A stretch of 34,499 bases of DNA from an uncultured Planctomycetaceae bacterium (lineage in GTDB: Bacteria; Planctomycetota; Planctomycetia; Pirellulales; JAEUIK01): positions 8,114-42,612 of the forward strand of contig CAZNXE010000002.1 of NCBI GenBank assembly GCA_964576465.1, in the 5' to 3' direction. The position numbers were made by a program, and so were the translations under genes. Positions 18,051-27,459 of this stretch are shown piece after piece. Under the pieces are notes generated by a model that saw only the letters and a list, made by a program, of their open reading frames with translations, ran no database searches and was not told the origin of the DNA. Within the stretch, counting starts at the first letter, position 1; every line of letters starts with the position of its first letter.

Positions 18051-20387
18051 CTAATCAGCAACTGTCCTGAGCTCAAACGCCGGCTTCTGGGACATTTCGA
18101 TCGCTGCGTGTCGATAGAACGGGTAGACGCTCCACTCGACGCAGGTCAGTAGATCGGGGCGCCCGTCGTCGTCCATGTCGGCGACCCAGGGATGAGGGCC
18201 GTGTGCGGTGACTTTGATGGGTTCGCCATAACAGCAAAGCGTGCGAGGATTGGCAAACACCGGCTCGCTGCGCGTACCCACATTCCTCAACAGGTAGATA
18301 CTGCCGTCGGCAGCGCGGGTACCGGCGCAACTGTAGATCAGGTCGATTCGCCCGTCACCGTCCCAATCGGTGGACCGAAATGATTCAGTCCAATGGCTCG
18401 TTCGGCCGACGATCGAATCGTCGATCTCGCGCCCGTCGGCCAATCGTAGCGGAGGCCCTTTGCGGAGCCGCAACTGTTGCTGATCGTCACGATATCGCAC
18501 GAAGAGCGTTGCTTTTCGCGTATGCCCGTCGTGCGTGACCAAATCGATGAGACCGTCGTCGGTAAAGTCGGCGAAGCAGGCGCCCGTACGCCAAAAGAAA
18601 GGGCGTTCCGCTTCGTAGGGATAAGGTTGGTTCGGTTCGTCGGGATCACTTGAGCGGCGTGCCGAGAGTGCTCGCATTTCATCGGAGTCGGGATACCCGT
18701 CGCAAATGACTTGGCGTCGTCGACCGAAGCGCGGCCGCTGGTGGCTTCCCTCGTTCTTGTACCAAAAGATGCGATTGGTCTCGTTGGGCAACATCAAATC
18801 GGCAAGGCCGTCGCTGTCCCAGTCGACGAACACCGGCAGTGGGTAGCCCATATTGTGCCAGTGCTTGCCACCGAGAACCTCGTCACGAAGTATGCGGATC
18901 GGCCCCTGTTCATCTTCGATTCGCTGCGCGAGCGAGAACTGAGGTCGACGGTTGGTGCCACGATTGAGCACGATGCGCGGCCAACCGTACCCGCCACCAA
19001 CGAGGAGATCCCAAACATGGTCTCCATTCCAATCGCAAACACATGGCCACGCCTGATCGCTCAATGCCAACACGGCGGATTTAGATCTGGGCGTTCCGAC
19101 TCGGCGAAAACGAGGTTGATCGGTCGTGAGTGGCTCTTGTTGGTAATACTCGACATGCTGCCCCATTCCGTACCCCACGAGCAAGCCGACGTGGTGATCA
19201 TCACGAACGGCAGCCAGTGAAGTACACCAGGTGCGGTCGATGCCTTGTAGTGGTTGCTTGGGGCCGAAACGGGGAGGATCACCCCCAAGATTGCGTTGCC
19301 ATGCGACGCTCGCGGCGCGGGTATCTGTTGCGGGTCCGTCGACAAGGCAAATGGCATCGAGTTGGCCGTCGCCGTCGAGATCGGCGAAGCATGCTTCACG
19401 CCCGACGTCCAAGTCGACAGGTGGAGCTAAGCGGATGGGCCAACCGTCTGCGTTTGTATTGCGGGCGTAGGCTCCTGATACCACCAGATCGACCGCACCG
19501 TCCCGGTTGAGATCGACAGCGCGACAGGGATTCCAACCGCTGGAAGGTCGCTCCACACTGCCGGCAGCTTCAAAAATCGGGAAGCCTGTCGGCTCACGTC
19601 GGCCACGGTTGAGATAGAACTGCAATGTCTTGGATCCACTCGGAGAAAAAACCAAATCGGGCAGGTCGTCGCCGTTGAGGTCTCCTACGGCGGCGTGCAT
19701 GTACGTGCCGGTGAAATGATTCGGCGGGCCGTCGTTTTCCGCCGCCGCGGCCCAACGCAAACGGCTCAGATCGCCGAACTCCAGTGGGCCCGCGTTCGCC
19801 AGACCTGGAAAAGCTATGACTCCGTCCCATGGCCAGCCGGGGCGATAAGCATAGTTCCAGCACCCGATCAGGTCTCGCAAGCCGTCGCCGTTCAAATCGA
19901 GTAACCCGCTGAGGTAGATGGGGGCAATCGGTCGCGGTTCACCGGCGTTGTATCGCAGCAGGTCGCCCACGCCGATCAACGGCGTGTGTTCTTGCGGTAG
20001 CAGCGGCGGGCGCTCGCGAACCGTATTGAAGCGAATCTCGTAATCGCGTCGCTCAGGATTCTCGATGACCCACTGCAAGTGACCGCGATCGGAATAGGCA
20101 AAATCCTCGGTTCTCGCCGAAGCCACTGGCGCATGCGATGTGGTATCGAAGACTTCGATCGAATTCGGGTCGACGACGCCCTTCCAATTCTCCGCGGCAA
20201 CGATCTTTGCGAAGTCGATCTCAACGTCCAACGGAACATTTGCCATCGGGAGATCGGAAGTGATCGTTAAGTGCAGTCGATGAGGATCGCCTCCGGATGA
20301 TGGAGCAACCCTGCCACACAACACGACCGCCAACAATCCAACAACGGCGTAGGGTAACGAAGGGCATCGCGCGAGGAAGGGATACAT
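18051..20387 (-). CDS. Exported FG-GAP/VCBS-repeat (beta-propeller-like) protein
   Basis: Multiple DxNxDGxxDL motifs (DLNGDGLRDLI, DLNGDDLPDLV, DLDGDGQLDAI, DWDSDGLADL, DWDGDGRIDLI, DMDDDGRPDLL) and a hydrophobic N-terminus. Confidence 0.85.
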   Translation of the reverse strand: MYPFLARCPSLPYAVVGLLAVVLCGRVAPSSGGDPHRLHLTITSDLPMANVPLDVEIDFAKIVAAENWKGVVDPNSIEVFDTTSHAPVASARTEDFAYSDRGHLQWVIENPERRDYEIRFNTVRERPPLLPQEHTPLIGVGDLLRYNAGEPRPIAPIYLSGLLDLNGDGLRDLIGCWNYAYRPGWPWDGVIAFPGLANAGPLEFGDLSRLRWAAAAENDGPPNHFTGTYMHAAVGDLNGDDLPDLVFSPSGSKTLQFYLNRGRREPTGFPIFEAAGSVERPSSGWNPCRAVDLNRDGAVDLVVSGAYARNTNADGWPIRLAPPVDLDVGREACFADLDGDGQLDAICLVDGPATDTRAASVAWQRNLGGDPPRFGPKQPLQGIDRTWCTSLAAVRDDHHVGLLVGYGMGQHVEYYQQEPLTTDQPRFRRVGTPRSKSAVLALSDQAWPCVCDWNGDHVWDLLVGGGYGWPRIVLNRGTNRRPQFSLAQRIEDEQGPIRILRDEVLGGKHWHNMGYPLPVFVDWDSDGLADLMLPNETNRIFWYKNEGSHQRPRFGRRRQVICDGYPDSDEMRALSARRSSDPDEPNQPYPYEAERPFFWRTGACFADFTDDGLIDLVTHDGHTRKATLFVRYRDDQQQLRLRKGPPLRLADGREIDDSIVGRTSHWTESFRSTDWDGDGRIDLIYSCAGTRAADGSIYLLRNVGTRSEPVFANPRTLCCYGEPIKVTAHGPHPWVADMDDDGRPDLLTCVEWSVYPFYRHAAIEMSQKPAFELRTVAD

Positions 20388-20502
20388 GAATTGGTCGCCA
20401 GGGGGTGAGATAGATAATCTTCCCCAGCGTACAAGCAGCTCAACTGCATTGCGAATCGAAGGGCGACGAGCATGGCCGCGGATCGCCTATGAAATATTCA
20501 GC

Positions 20503-21585
20503 CTAGAGTTTGCCGAGTTCCGAGATGATTTTCTTGGGCGATGGCCGATCGGCGTAGTTGCGCCCGCGCTTGACATAGCGGAGGATGCCTTCGCGATCGA
20601 TGATGAACGTGCCGGGGCGGTTGCTGACTTCGGTGTGAATCCGCATCTGGAAGGCGACCCCGTAGGCAGCGCTCACGGTGTATGTAGGATCGGTCAGCAA
20701 GGGATAGTGGACATCGTCTTCATCGAAGCCGACCTCCTTGAGCAAGAACTTGGCCGACCACGACTCGTGTGGGTCGACGGCTAAAAGCACGGCATCAAGT
20801 TTCACGATCGCCTCGAGCTGCTCGCGCAACTGCGCGAGTTGTCGGTGACAGACGGGTCATGTATCGCCATAGATAAAGACCAGCACCACGGCCTGCTGAC
20901 CGCGAAAATCACTCAGCGAGATCTCTTGTCCGTCGATGGTCTTCAAGGTGAAATCGGGGGCAGGTTCACCAACTTGTGCCGTAGCGATGTTCGCCGGATC
21001 CCAATGGGCGAACCGCTCGACAACCGCCTGATCGATGGGATGGTCTTGGCGGTCGATCGCGTACGCAATGTGTTTCTTTACATCGCCGTTCGACTCCGTG
21101 GCGGCCAGCGAACTCAACTGCTCGGCGATGGAAGGGTCGCCGCGCATGCCCAACGCATCGACAGCGTAAAGCCGAACGGCCGCGTCAGGGTCATCGGTGG
21201 CTGCCGCCCACAGTGGTTCCGTGGGAACCAGCGGGGCCAAGTAACTGAGCGCCTGCGCCGCCAGCACGCGCTCGTGCGATTGGCCCGACTGAAGTGTCTC
21301 GACTAGCGGGGCAACAGAAGTCTGGCCCGCGGCAACAAGTCCATGCAACACCCGCATCCGCAATTGCCAGTCACGGTCGTCGAGGGGCCGCATGAATTTT
21401 CGTTTTCCTGGAACTCCCCCGCCATCCCACTCGGCTTCATTCCAGCCTTCCGTGAAGCGACCGAGCAGCCCCTCGGGCGAGGTTGTTGGTTCGGCTGCCC
21501 CGAGGGTGGCGATGCCGACGAATGATCCAAGAAATGCCGCAAGAGCGACATGCAACCCACGGATGATTGAGCATCGAGAAAGCAT
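20503..21585 (-). CDS. Probable selenoprotein: signal peptide + HEAT repeats + AhpC/TSA-type redoxin with a U-P-V-C motif (in-frame UGA at 20859-20857)
   Basis: The ORF-track pieces 20857..21768 and 20503..20829 are in the same frame. Read-through gives ...APDFTLKTIDGQEISLSDFRGQQAVVLVFIYGDT-U-PVCHRQLAQLREQ...PGTFIIDREGILRY, a complete redoxin fold. 360 aa with the UGA at codon 243. GGGAG RBS precedes ATG 21585. Confidence 0.85.
20821..20838 (-). promoter_or_regulatory. Candidate bacterial SECIS element
   Basis: mRNA CUCGCGC-AGUU-GCGCGAG: a 7-bp stem with G at loop position 2 followed by U. The loop starts 25 nt 3' of the UGA. Confidence 0.7.
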
Positions 21586-21593
21586 AAGGCTCC

Positions 21594-22106
21594 CTACTCC
21601 AAGTGGCTTGCCGATGGCAGCGTGCCGAGCACGGCCAACAGTTGTGGGGTCTCTACTTGACGGATGAGGCCACGTGCGATGAGTTGGTCCTGCTGTTGGC
21701 ATTCGGGGCATGTTGCGTCGTTGCATGCAACCGCGTTGGATAGGACAGGATCTCGCTGTGCTACCCAACCCATCATTTCTGCTTTAGGACGGCACATGTC
21801 GCATTGGGCCAAATGTAGCCGAACTTTTTCCGACGTTTCTTCGTCAAGTTGGTCGTCAAGGAAATGTGGCAGTGCTGCCTGCACTTCGGTACAAGAAATA
21901 CCGCCGTAGTTGTGTTGAGTCTCGCCGGTGAGGCTTGGCAAGGCTTGCCAAATGGTGACTGCCAGCACGAGCGTGAGCGCCGACACTATTCCACCTCGAA
22001 CGACGGACTGTTTACGTCTGCTCGCCTGAATGCGACCGACCATCCGGCTCAACTCACCGGGTGGACATGCGTCCCAGTCGTCATTTTTTGAAGCTTTCGC
22101 GTTCAT
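21594..22106 (-). CDS. Single-pass membrane protein with a zf-HC2 (ZAS-like) domain after the TM helix
   Basis: Basic RRKQSVVR, then a TM helix (GIVSALTLVLAVTIW), then ISCTEV...HLAQCDMC and a further CNDATCPEC. Its stop abuts the RBS of the redoxin gene. Confidence 0.8.
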   Translation of the reverse strand: MNAKASKNDDWDACPPGELSRMVGRIQASRRKQSVVRGGIVSALTLVLAVTIWQALPSLTGETQHNYGGISCTEVQAALPHFLDDQLDEETSEKVRLHLAQCDMCRPKAEMMGWVAQRDPVLSNAVACNDATCPECQQQDQLIARGLIRQVETPQLLAVLGTLPSASHLE

Positions 22107-22229
22107 TCCGCAGATCTCATCGTCGTAAACAGCACCAGGAAGGGGAGGTATTTCATGGTCAAGGCATCCAAGGTCGAGAACAGGAACCTTGCCTACTCAA
22201 TCATTGTCAGGTTTTTGGGCGAATAAGTC

Positions 22230-22245
22230 TGTGATCCCGATTACA
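22230..22245. promoter_or_regulatory. CRP-type binding site, class II promoter geometry
   Basis: TGTGA-TCCCGA-TTACA, one mismatch to TGTGA-N6-TCACA. Setting its centre at -41.5 places minus-strand GACAAT (22208-22203) exactly at -12..-7. Confidence 0.65.
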
Positions 22246-22272
22246 AATAGGAGCTTGCGGCCCAGTTTTTTG

Positions 22273-23025
22273 CTATGTGGATCGTTGCCCCCCCAGGCTG
22301 GGTATTTTGGCGGGTGGGGGTGGTTCGGCGGGGAGTTCCGCTTGCACACTCTTGGCCATTCGGTCGATGTCGGAGAGCACGATTTTCCGACGCGCAAGCT
22401 GGACCATGCCTTCGTTCTGAAGTTCACCGAGAGCGACCGTCACCGATTCTCGCGTACTTCCAATCAGGTTGGCCAGGTCTTGATGCGAGAGTTTGATGGC
22501 TAGTTGGATTCCTTGGGGGACCGGTTGACCATATTTCTCCGACAATTCAAGCAATGCATGCACGAGCCGCTCGCGGTTCGAGCGAAACATGAGGTTCTTT
22601 AGCCGTCGTTCGATCCGCCGCCGACGCAATCCAAGCAGTTGTGTCACCTCCATGGCGACATGCGAATGACGCTGCATCAGTCGTTGAACCGCATTGTGAG
22701 AGATCAAGACGACGTCCGAGGTTTCAATCGCCGTGGCGAATTCTTCCCGGTCTCCGTTGGCATCGAGCAGGGCTAATTCACCAAAAATCTCCCCTGGCTC
22801 AATGAACGCGATGATCGATTCCTTGCCATCGGACGAAATATTGCAAATCTTGATTCGACCGGAAACCAACAGCAGCACCGCGTTTGCTTGGTCGGCTGGC
22901 AAATAGACGAGCGATTTGCGCGGAAAGCTGCGCATACGAGCCGACGACTCGAGTTCGGTCAATTCGTCGGGGGTGAGCTGCTCGAACAGGCTGCACCGCT
23001 TCAGATGCCAAGTCTTCTCAGACAT
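22273..23025 (-). CDS. Crp/Fnr family transcriptional regulator
   Basis: cNMP-binding fold (LLVSGRIKI, PGEIFGELAL) and HTH LSHQDLANLIGSTRESVTVALGEL. ATG 23025 follows GAGGT. Confidence 0.93.
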   Translation of the reverse strand: MSEKTWHLKRCSLFEQLTPDELTELESSARMRSFPRKSLVYLPADQANAVLLLVSGRIKICNISSDGKESIIAFIEPGEIFGELALLDANGDREEFATAIETSDVVLISHNAVQRLMQRHSHVAMEVTQLLGLRRRRIERRLKNLMFRSNRERLVHALLELSEKYGQPVPQGIQLAIKLSHQDLANLIGSTRESVTVALGELQNEGMVQLARRKIVLSDIDRMAKSVQAELPAEPPPPAKIPSLGGQRST

Positions 23026-23136
23026 ACCTCTACCGAGGGCCTTTGAAAGAATCAGGCGTGAGAATGGGCAAGATGGCGTATTCTCCGGGCTAGCGTGACG
23101 CCAGGGAGAACCTACCAATCTTACGCGACGATTCGG

Positions 23137-25335
23137 CTACCGCATACCCATTTCACAGCTTACCCCTCCGGCAGCGGGGAGATAGCTCGATTTCACATAG
23201 TCCATCACCATGCGATGGGCACTAAATCGCCACGCCAGCGAACCGATGGAACTTTTCATGCAGTTGATCCATCCTCGTGGCAGGCCATCGACGTCGCGAT
23301 CGTAGTACAGGGGGATCACCTCCTCCTCGAGCACGCGATAAAAATCTTCCGCATCGCGACGGTCGTTGATCTCGTCTGAAACGTGACAGGTGCCGCCTCC
23401 GATGCCGAAGCCGTTGGTGCCGTCGAAAGCCTCGGCCCACCATCCATCGAGCACCGACATGTTTAGCCCGCCGTTGAGCACTACCTTTTGGCCACTCGTC
23501 CCGGAGGCCTCCAGCGGCCGTCGCGGGTTGTTGAGCCACACATCGACGCCCTGAATCATGTGGCGACAAACATTGATGTCGTAGTCCTCGACAAACACAA
23601 TCCGGCTATTGCAGTTCTCGTCGAAACGCAGGTTCGCAATGCGTTTGATCAACTGCTTGCCTGGTTCATCGGCCGGATGGGCCTTTCCGGCAAAGATGAT
23701 CTGGATCGGTCGCTTCGAGTCGTTCAGCAACGCATACAGCCGATCGATGTTGGTCATCAGCAGGTCAGCACGTTTGTACGTTGCGAAGCGGCGCGCAAAA
23801 CCGATCGTCAACACGTTGGGGTCGAGCATGTTCCGCGCGGCTTCGACCGCGTCGTCACTCTCGCCGCGTCGTCGGCTTTGCCGGCTCAATCGTCTTCGGA
23901 CGAAAGTAAGCATCAGGCTCTTTAGCGCGTGATGGGTTTCCCAGAGCTCGCCCGAGTCAACATTGTGGATCCCTTGCCACACTTCGGGTTCGCCCATTCT
24001 TTGGAACCAATCGGCCGCAAAGTGGCGGTCGTAAAGTTGACGCATTTGATGGGCCAACCAACTGGGGACATGAACACCATTGGTAATATGACCGATTGGG
24101 ATTTCTTCCTCGACGCGCCAGGGCCACAGCAGCCCCCACATGCGACGCGAGACATGGCCGTGCAACGCGCTCACGGCGTTGGCACGTCGCGATAGCTTCA
24201 AGGCCACGACTGTCATGCAGAACGACTCATCGTGGTTTTGCGGTTCGACGCGCCCCAAGCCCATCAGTTGCTCGAAGGAGATGCCAAGTTGCTCGCGGGT
24301 TGGCCCCAGATGCTCTTCGACCAAACCGCCGTCAAAGCGATCGTGCCCCGCCGGAACGGGGGTGTGGGTGGTGAAGACCGTCCGCTGGGCAACCTCACGC
24401 AAGGCGTCGTCAAACGTAAGGCCATCGGTCTGCATGCGGTCACGAATCACTTCCAACGGTGCGAACGCGCTGTGCCCTTCATTCAAATGGTACACGCCGG
24501 GGTTGATCCCCAATGCCCGAAGTGCCTTGACACCTCCGACTCCCAACACAAGTTCCTGGCGAATGCGCGTCCGCGTGTCGCCGCCATACAATCGGCTCGT
24601 CAATTGCCGATCCTCGGGCCGGTTTCCCTCGACGTCGCAGTCGAGCAGGTACAGCGAGACGCGGCCAACCTGCATGAGCCAAACCTTGGCCAGCAAACGT
24701 CCGGTCCGTGTGTCGATGCTTACGCTGATCGGTTCGTCGTTGGCATCCAGCGCCGGCACCATTGGCAGGTTTTCGACTTGCGTGTCGATGTACTCCTCGA
24801 CTTGATAGCCTTCGATGTCGAGGCGTTGTCGGAAATACCCTTGATCGTAGAACAGCCCGATGGCCACCAGCGGAGCGCCTAAATCGCTGGCCGCCTTGAT
24901 ATGATCGCCCGACAGAACCCCTAGGCCGCCAGAGTAAATCGGGGCCGATTCGTGCATCCCGAACTCGGCCGAAAAATATGCGACCGGCATCGACCCCAGC
25001 ACGCCCGCATGTGTCGCGCCCCAAGTTCGCGTCGCGCTCATATAATCCTTGAGCCGGCGATGCGCGTAGTTGATGCGGCTATACAGCACAAGCTCCGAAG
25101 CCCGCATGTCTAGCCGTTCGGGCGTAAACTCCGACAACAGAGCGATCGCGTTGTGGTCGAGTTGTCGCCAGCGAATGGGGTCCAAGTCTCGGAACAGATC
25201 GACAACCTCGGGTTGCCAACTCCACCACAGATTTCGGGCGAGCGTGATACATTTGTCGTACAGCGTTTGCGGAGAAAGTTCCGCAAACGGTGATGGCAGT
25301 TGTGGAGAATTCGGATCGATTTTGGTTTGGCTCAT
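23137..25335 (-). CDS. glgP: Alpha-glucan (glycogen/maltodextrin) phosphorylase
   Basis: YFSAEFG, YSGGLGVLSGD, HLNEGH, FTTHTP, ITNGVH, ARRFATYKR, GKAHP and EASGTSGQK (PLP lysine). Confidence 0.95.
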   Translation of the reverse strand: MSQTKIDPNSPQLPSPFAELSPQTLYDKCITLARNLWWSWQPEVVDLFRDLDPIRWRQLDHNAIALLSEFTPERLDMRASELVLYSRINYAHRRLKDYMSATRTWGATHAGVLGSMPVAYFSAEFGMHESAPIYSGGLGVLSGDHIKAASDLGAPLVAIGLFYDQGYFRQRLDIEGYQVEEYIDTQVENLPMVPALDANDEPISVSIDTRTGRLLAKVWLMQVGRVSLYLLDCDVEGNRPEDRQLTSRLYGGDTRTRIRQELVLGVGGVKALRALGINPGVYHLNEGHSAFAPLEVIRDRMQTDGLTFDDALREVAQRTVFTTHTPVPAGHDRFDGGLVEEHLGPTREQLGISFEQLMGLGRVEPQNHDESFCMTVVALKLSRRANAVSALHGHVSRRMWGLLWPWRVEEEIPIGHITNGVHVPSWLAHQMRQLYDRHFAADWFQRMGEPEVWQGIHNVDSGELWETHHALKSLMLTFVRRRLSRQSRRRGESDDAVEAARNMLDPNVLTIGFARRFATYKRADLLMTNIDRLYALLNDSKRPIQIIFAGKAHPADEPGKQLIKRIANLRFDENCNSRIVFVEDYDINVCRHMIQGVDVWLNNPRRPLEASGTSGQKVVLNGGLNMSVLDGWWAEAFDGTNGFGIGGGTCHVSDEINDRRDAEDFYRVLEEEVIPLYYDRDVDGLPRGWINCMKSSIGSLAWRFSAHRMVMDYVKSSYLPAAGGVSCEMGMR

Positions 25336-25697
25336 GATGGTATGGGGTGTCGAATCGAGTTCGTGGTTGGTTCAAGGAACTAGGGTTGCGAGCCTTGAAA
25401 TATACCAACTTGCCGCGAGTACGTACTAGCCGAACAACGTTCACCCGACAAAGTGAGCTGGTTTCAGCGACATTGATCTGGTCCACCAACCCCCCAGAGA
25501 TTACTGGTTGTCTCACTCGGCGAGCGACCTCGCCCGGATCAAGCCCGCCTTCGTGGTTTGCGACACTCAATTGATCCACCGTTTGCTGGCGGTTTGCGAG
25601 TGGCCTTGGCAGCGGCTAAGCTTCGCGGACATCAGCGTTAATCCCATATGAAACCACCCATCCGATGAATTCCCACTCAGCACGAAAAACTGAAGCA

Positions 25698-27230
25698 ATG
25701 GCCGATGCGGTGTTGCTTCATCCGAACGACAACGTCGCCGTGGCGGCCCGTGGCTTGACAGCGGGCGAAACGATCTGCCTGGGCGAATTGCGCCTCGCGG
25801 TCGCCGAATCGGTTGGCATGGGGCACAAGATTGCCACCTGCCGCGTCGCCAAGGGTGAGCGGATCTACAAGTATGGTCAAACCATCGGTTTTGCAACCCA
25901 GGACATCGAGCCGGGCACATTGGTACACGTTCACAATGTGGCGGCGGGCGAGTTCACGCGCGAGTATGCTCCCGCGACGGAGATTCCGCCCGATCCCACG
26001 CCGCTGGAGGGCTACACCTTCGAGGGGTTTCGTCGCCCCGATGGGCGCGTTGGTACGCGGAATTACATTGCAGTCATCTCGACGGTCAACTGCTCTGCAT
26101 CGGTCAGTAAGTACATTGCCCGGCGGTTCGACCAATCGTTACTCGATCGCTATCCCCAGGTCGACGGGATCTTGCCGCTGGTTCACGGCAGCGGTTGCGG
26201 CATTCAGTACGATGGTGAAGATCATCACCAGTTGAATCGGGTTCTGGCCGGCTTCGCGCGGCATCCGAATGTTGGTGCCTATCTACTGGTTGGCCTTGGC
26301 TGCGAGTCGGGCCCGGCCTCGCACTTGATCGAGAATGAAGGGCTCGTGCAGATTGGTCTCCCGGGCCAAGACCAGCGGCCAACCGTCTTGACGATGCAGG
26401 AATGCGGCGGCACGGCGAAGACCGTTGAGGCGGGCATACGAAAACTGGCTGAGATGTTGCCGGCTCTCAACGATGTTCGCCGTGAAACCGTGCCGGCCAG
26501 CGAGTTGATGCTCGCCACCGAGTGCGGTGGGTCCGACGGAAACTCTGGCATAACCGCGAACCCGGCATTGGGCGTGGCCAGCGACATGATCGTGGCTTCC
26601 GGCGGAACGGCCATCTTGGCAGAGACCCCAGAGATTTATGGTGCCGAACATCTGTTGGTCCGTCGCGCGAAGACGCCGGAAATCGGAGAGAAGCTCATCG
26701 AACGCATCCGCTGGTGGGAGAAATACACCGCCGCGTTCGGAGTGGAAATCGACAATAACCCCTCGCCAGGGAACAAGGCCGGTGGACTGACAACCATCTA
26801 CGAAAAATCTTTGGGCGCCGTGGCCAAGGGGGGCTCCACCGCTTTGGCGGGTGTGTATCGCTATGCCGAACGTGTTACCGCCAAGGGCTTCGTCATCGTC
26901 GACACCCCCGGCTACGACCCGGCAAGCATCACGGGGATGGTCGCCAGCGGGGCCAACATCGCCTGCTTCACCACGGGACGGGGAAGCTGCTTTGGCTGCA
27001 AACCGGTGCCCTCGATCAAGATCGCCACCAACACACCGATGTACGAGCACATGATCGACGATATGGACATCGACGCCGGAGTGATCCTCTCCGGCACACC
27101 CGTCGAAGAAGTCGGCCGCCAGATTTTCATGAGCATTCTAGAAGTTGCCAGCGGACGAAAAACCAAGAGCGAACTCCACGGAGTAGGAGAAGAAGAGTTC
27201 GTCCCCTGGAGCATCGGGCCAACGCTGTAG
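25698..27230 (+). CDS. uxaA: UxaA/GarD family (altronate/galactarate) dehydratase with an N-terminal SAF domain
   Basis: LHPNDNVAVA, GHKIA, KYGQTIG, VHVHN, GTRNY, HGSGC, LGCE, ECGGSD, NNPSPGNKAGGLTTI.EKSLG and FTTGRG. The exact substrate cannot be determined from sequence. Confidence 0.88.
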   Translation: MADAVLLHPNDNVAVAARGLTAGETICLGELRLAVAESVGMGHKIATCRVAKGERIYKYGQTIGFATQDIEPGTLVHVHNVAAGEFTREYAPATEIPPDPTPLEGYTFEGFRRPDGRVGTRNYIAVISTVNCSASVSKYIARRFDQSLLDRYPQVDGILPLVHGSGCGIQYDGEDHHQLNRVLAGFARHPNVGAYLLVGLGCESGPASHLIENEGLVQIGLPGQDQRPTVLTMQECGGTAKTVEAGIRKLAEMLPALNDVRRETVPASELMLATECGGSDGNSGITANPALGVASDMIVASGGTAILAETPEIYGAEHLLVRRAKTPEIGEKLIERIRWWEKYTAAFGVEIDNNPSPGNKAGGLTTIYEKSLGAVAKGGSTALAGVYRYAERVTAKGFVIVDTPGYDPASITGMVASGANIACFTTGRGSCFGCKPVPSIKIATNTPMYEHMIDDMDIDAGVILSGTPVEEVGRQIFMSILEVASGRKTKSELHGVGEEEFVPWSIGPTL

Positions 27231-27459
27231 AGAAGGTAGAGAAGCAGGTCCGGATCAACTGGAATCACCTTACCGCCATGCCCACGGGCGATTTGCGAGA
27301 ATTGACGACATTCCTGGCATGTGTTACGTTCGCACGCAACTTACATCCCAAACGGGCGAAACGAGTTCGGTCGATTGAGACAGGTCTGTTTTGCCGGCTT
27401 GCGCGGCGGTCGATATCGCGGCGATAACCAATTTTTGAAGCAGAGAAGGTGAGAGAACC

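Noticed and set aside
20503-20829. Independent 108-aa redoxin starting at TTG
   Set aside because: It lacks an active site and an RBS; it is the in-frame continuation past the UGA.
20857-20859. Genome-wide UGA reassignment (code 4 or 25)
   Set aside because: Several full-length conserved genes in the window end naturally at TGA.
25336-25697. glgP/uxaA divergent intergenic region as a riboswitch or FNR site
   Set aside because: Only short GC hairpins and isolated TTGAT half-sites are present; no recognisable element.
25698-27230. UxaA without neighbouring hexuronate genes as a novel pathway
   Set aside because: Scattered pathway genes are common in this lineage; nothing local suggests a new function.
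27227-27244. GTAGAGAAG direct duplication at the uxaA stop
   Set aside because: Only 9 bp and tandem; it cannot be distinguished from slippage and no element is attached.
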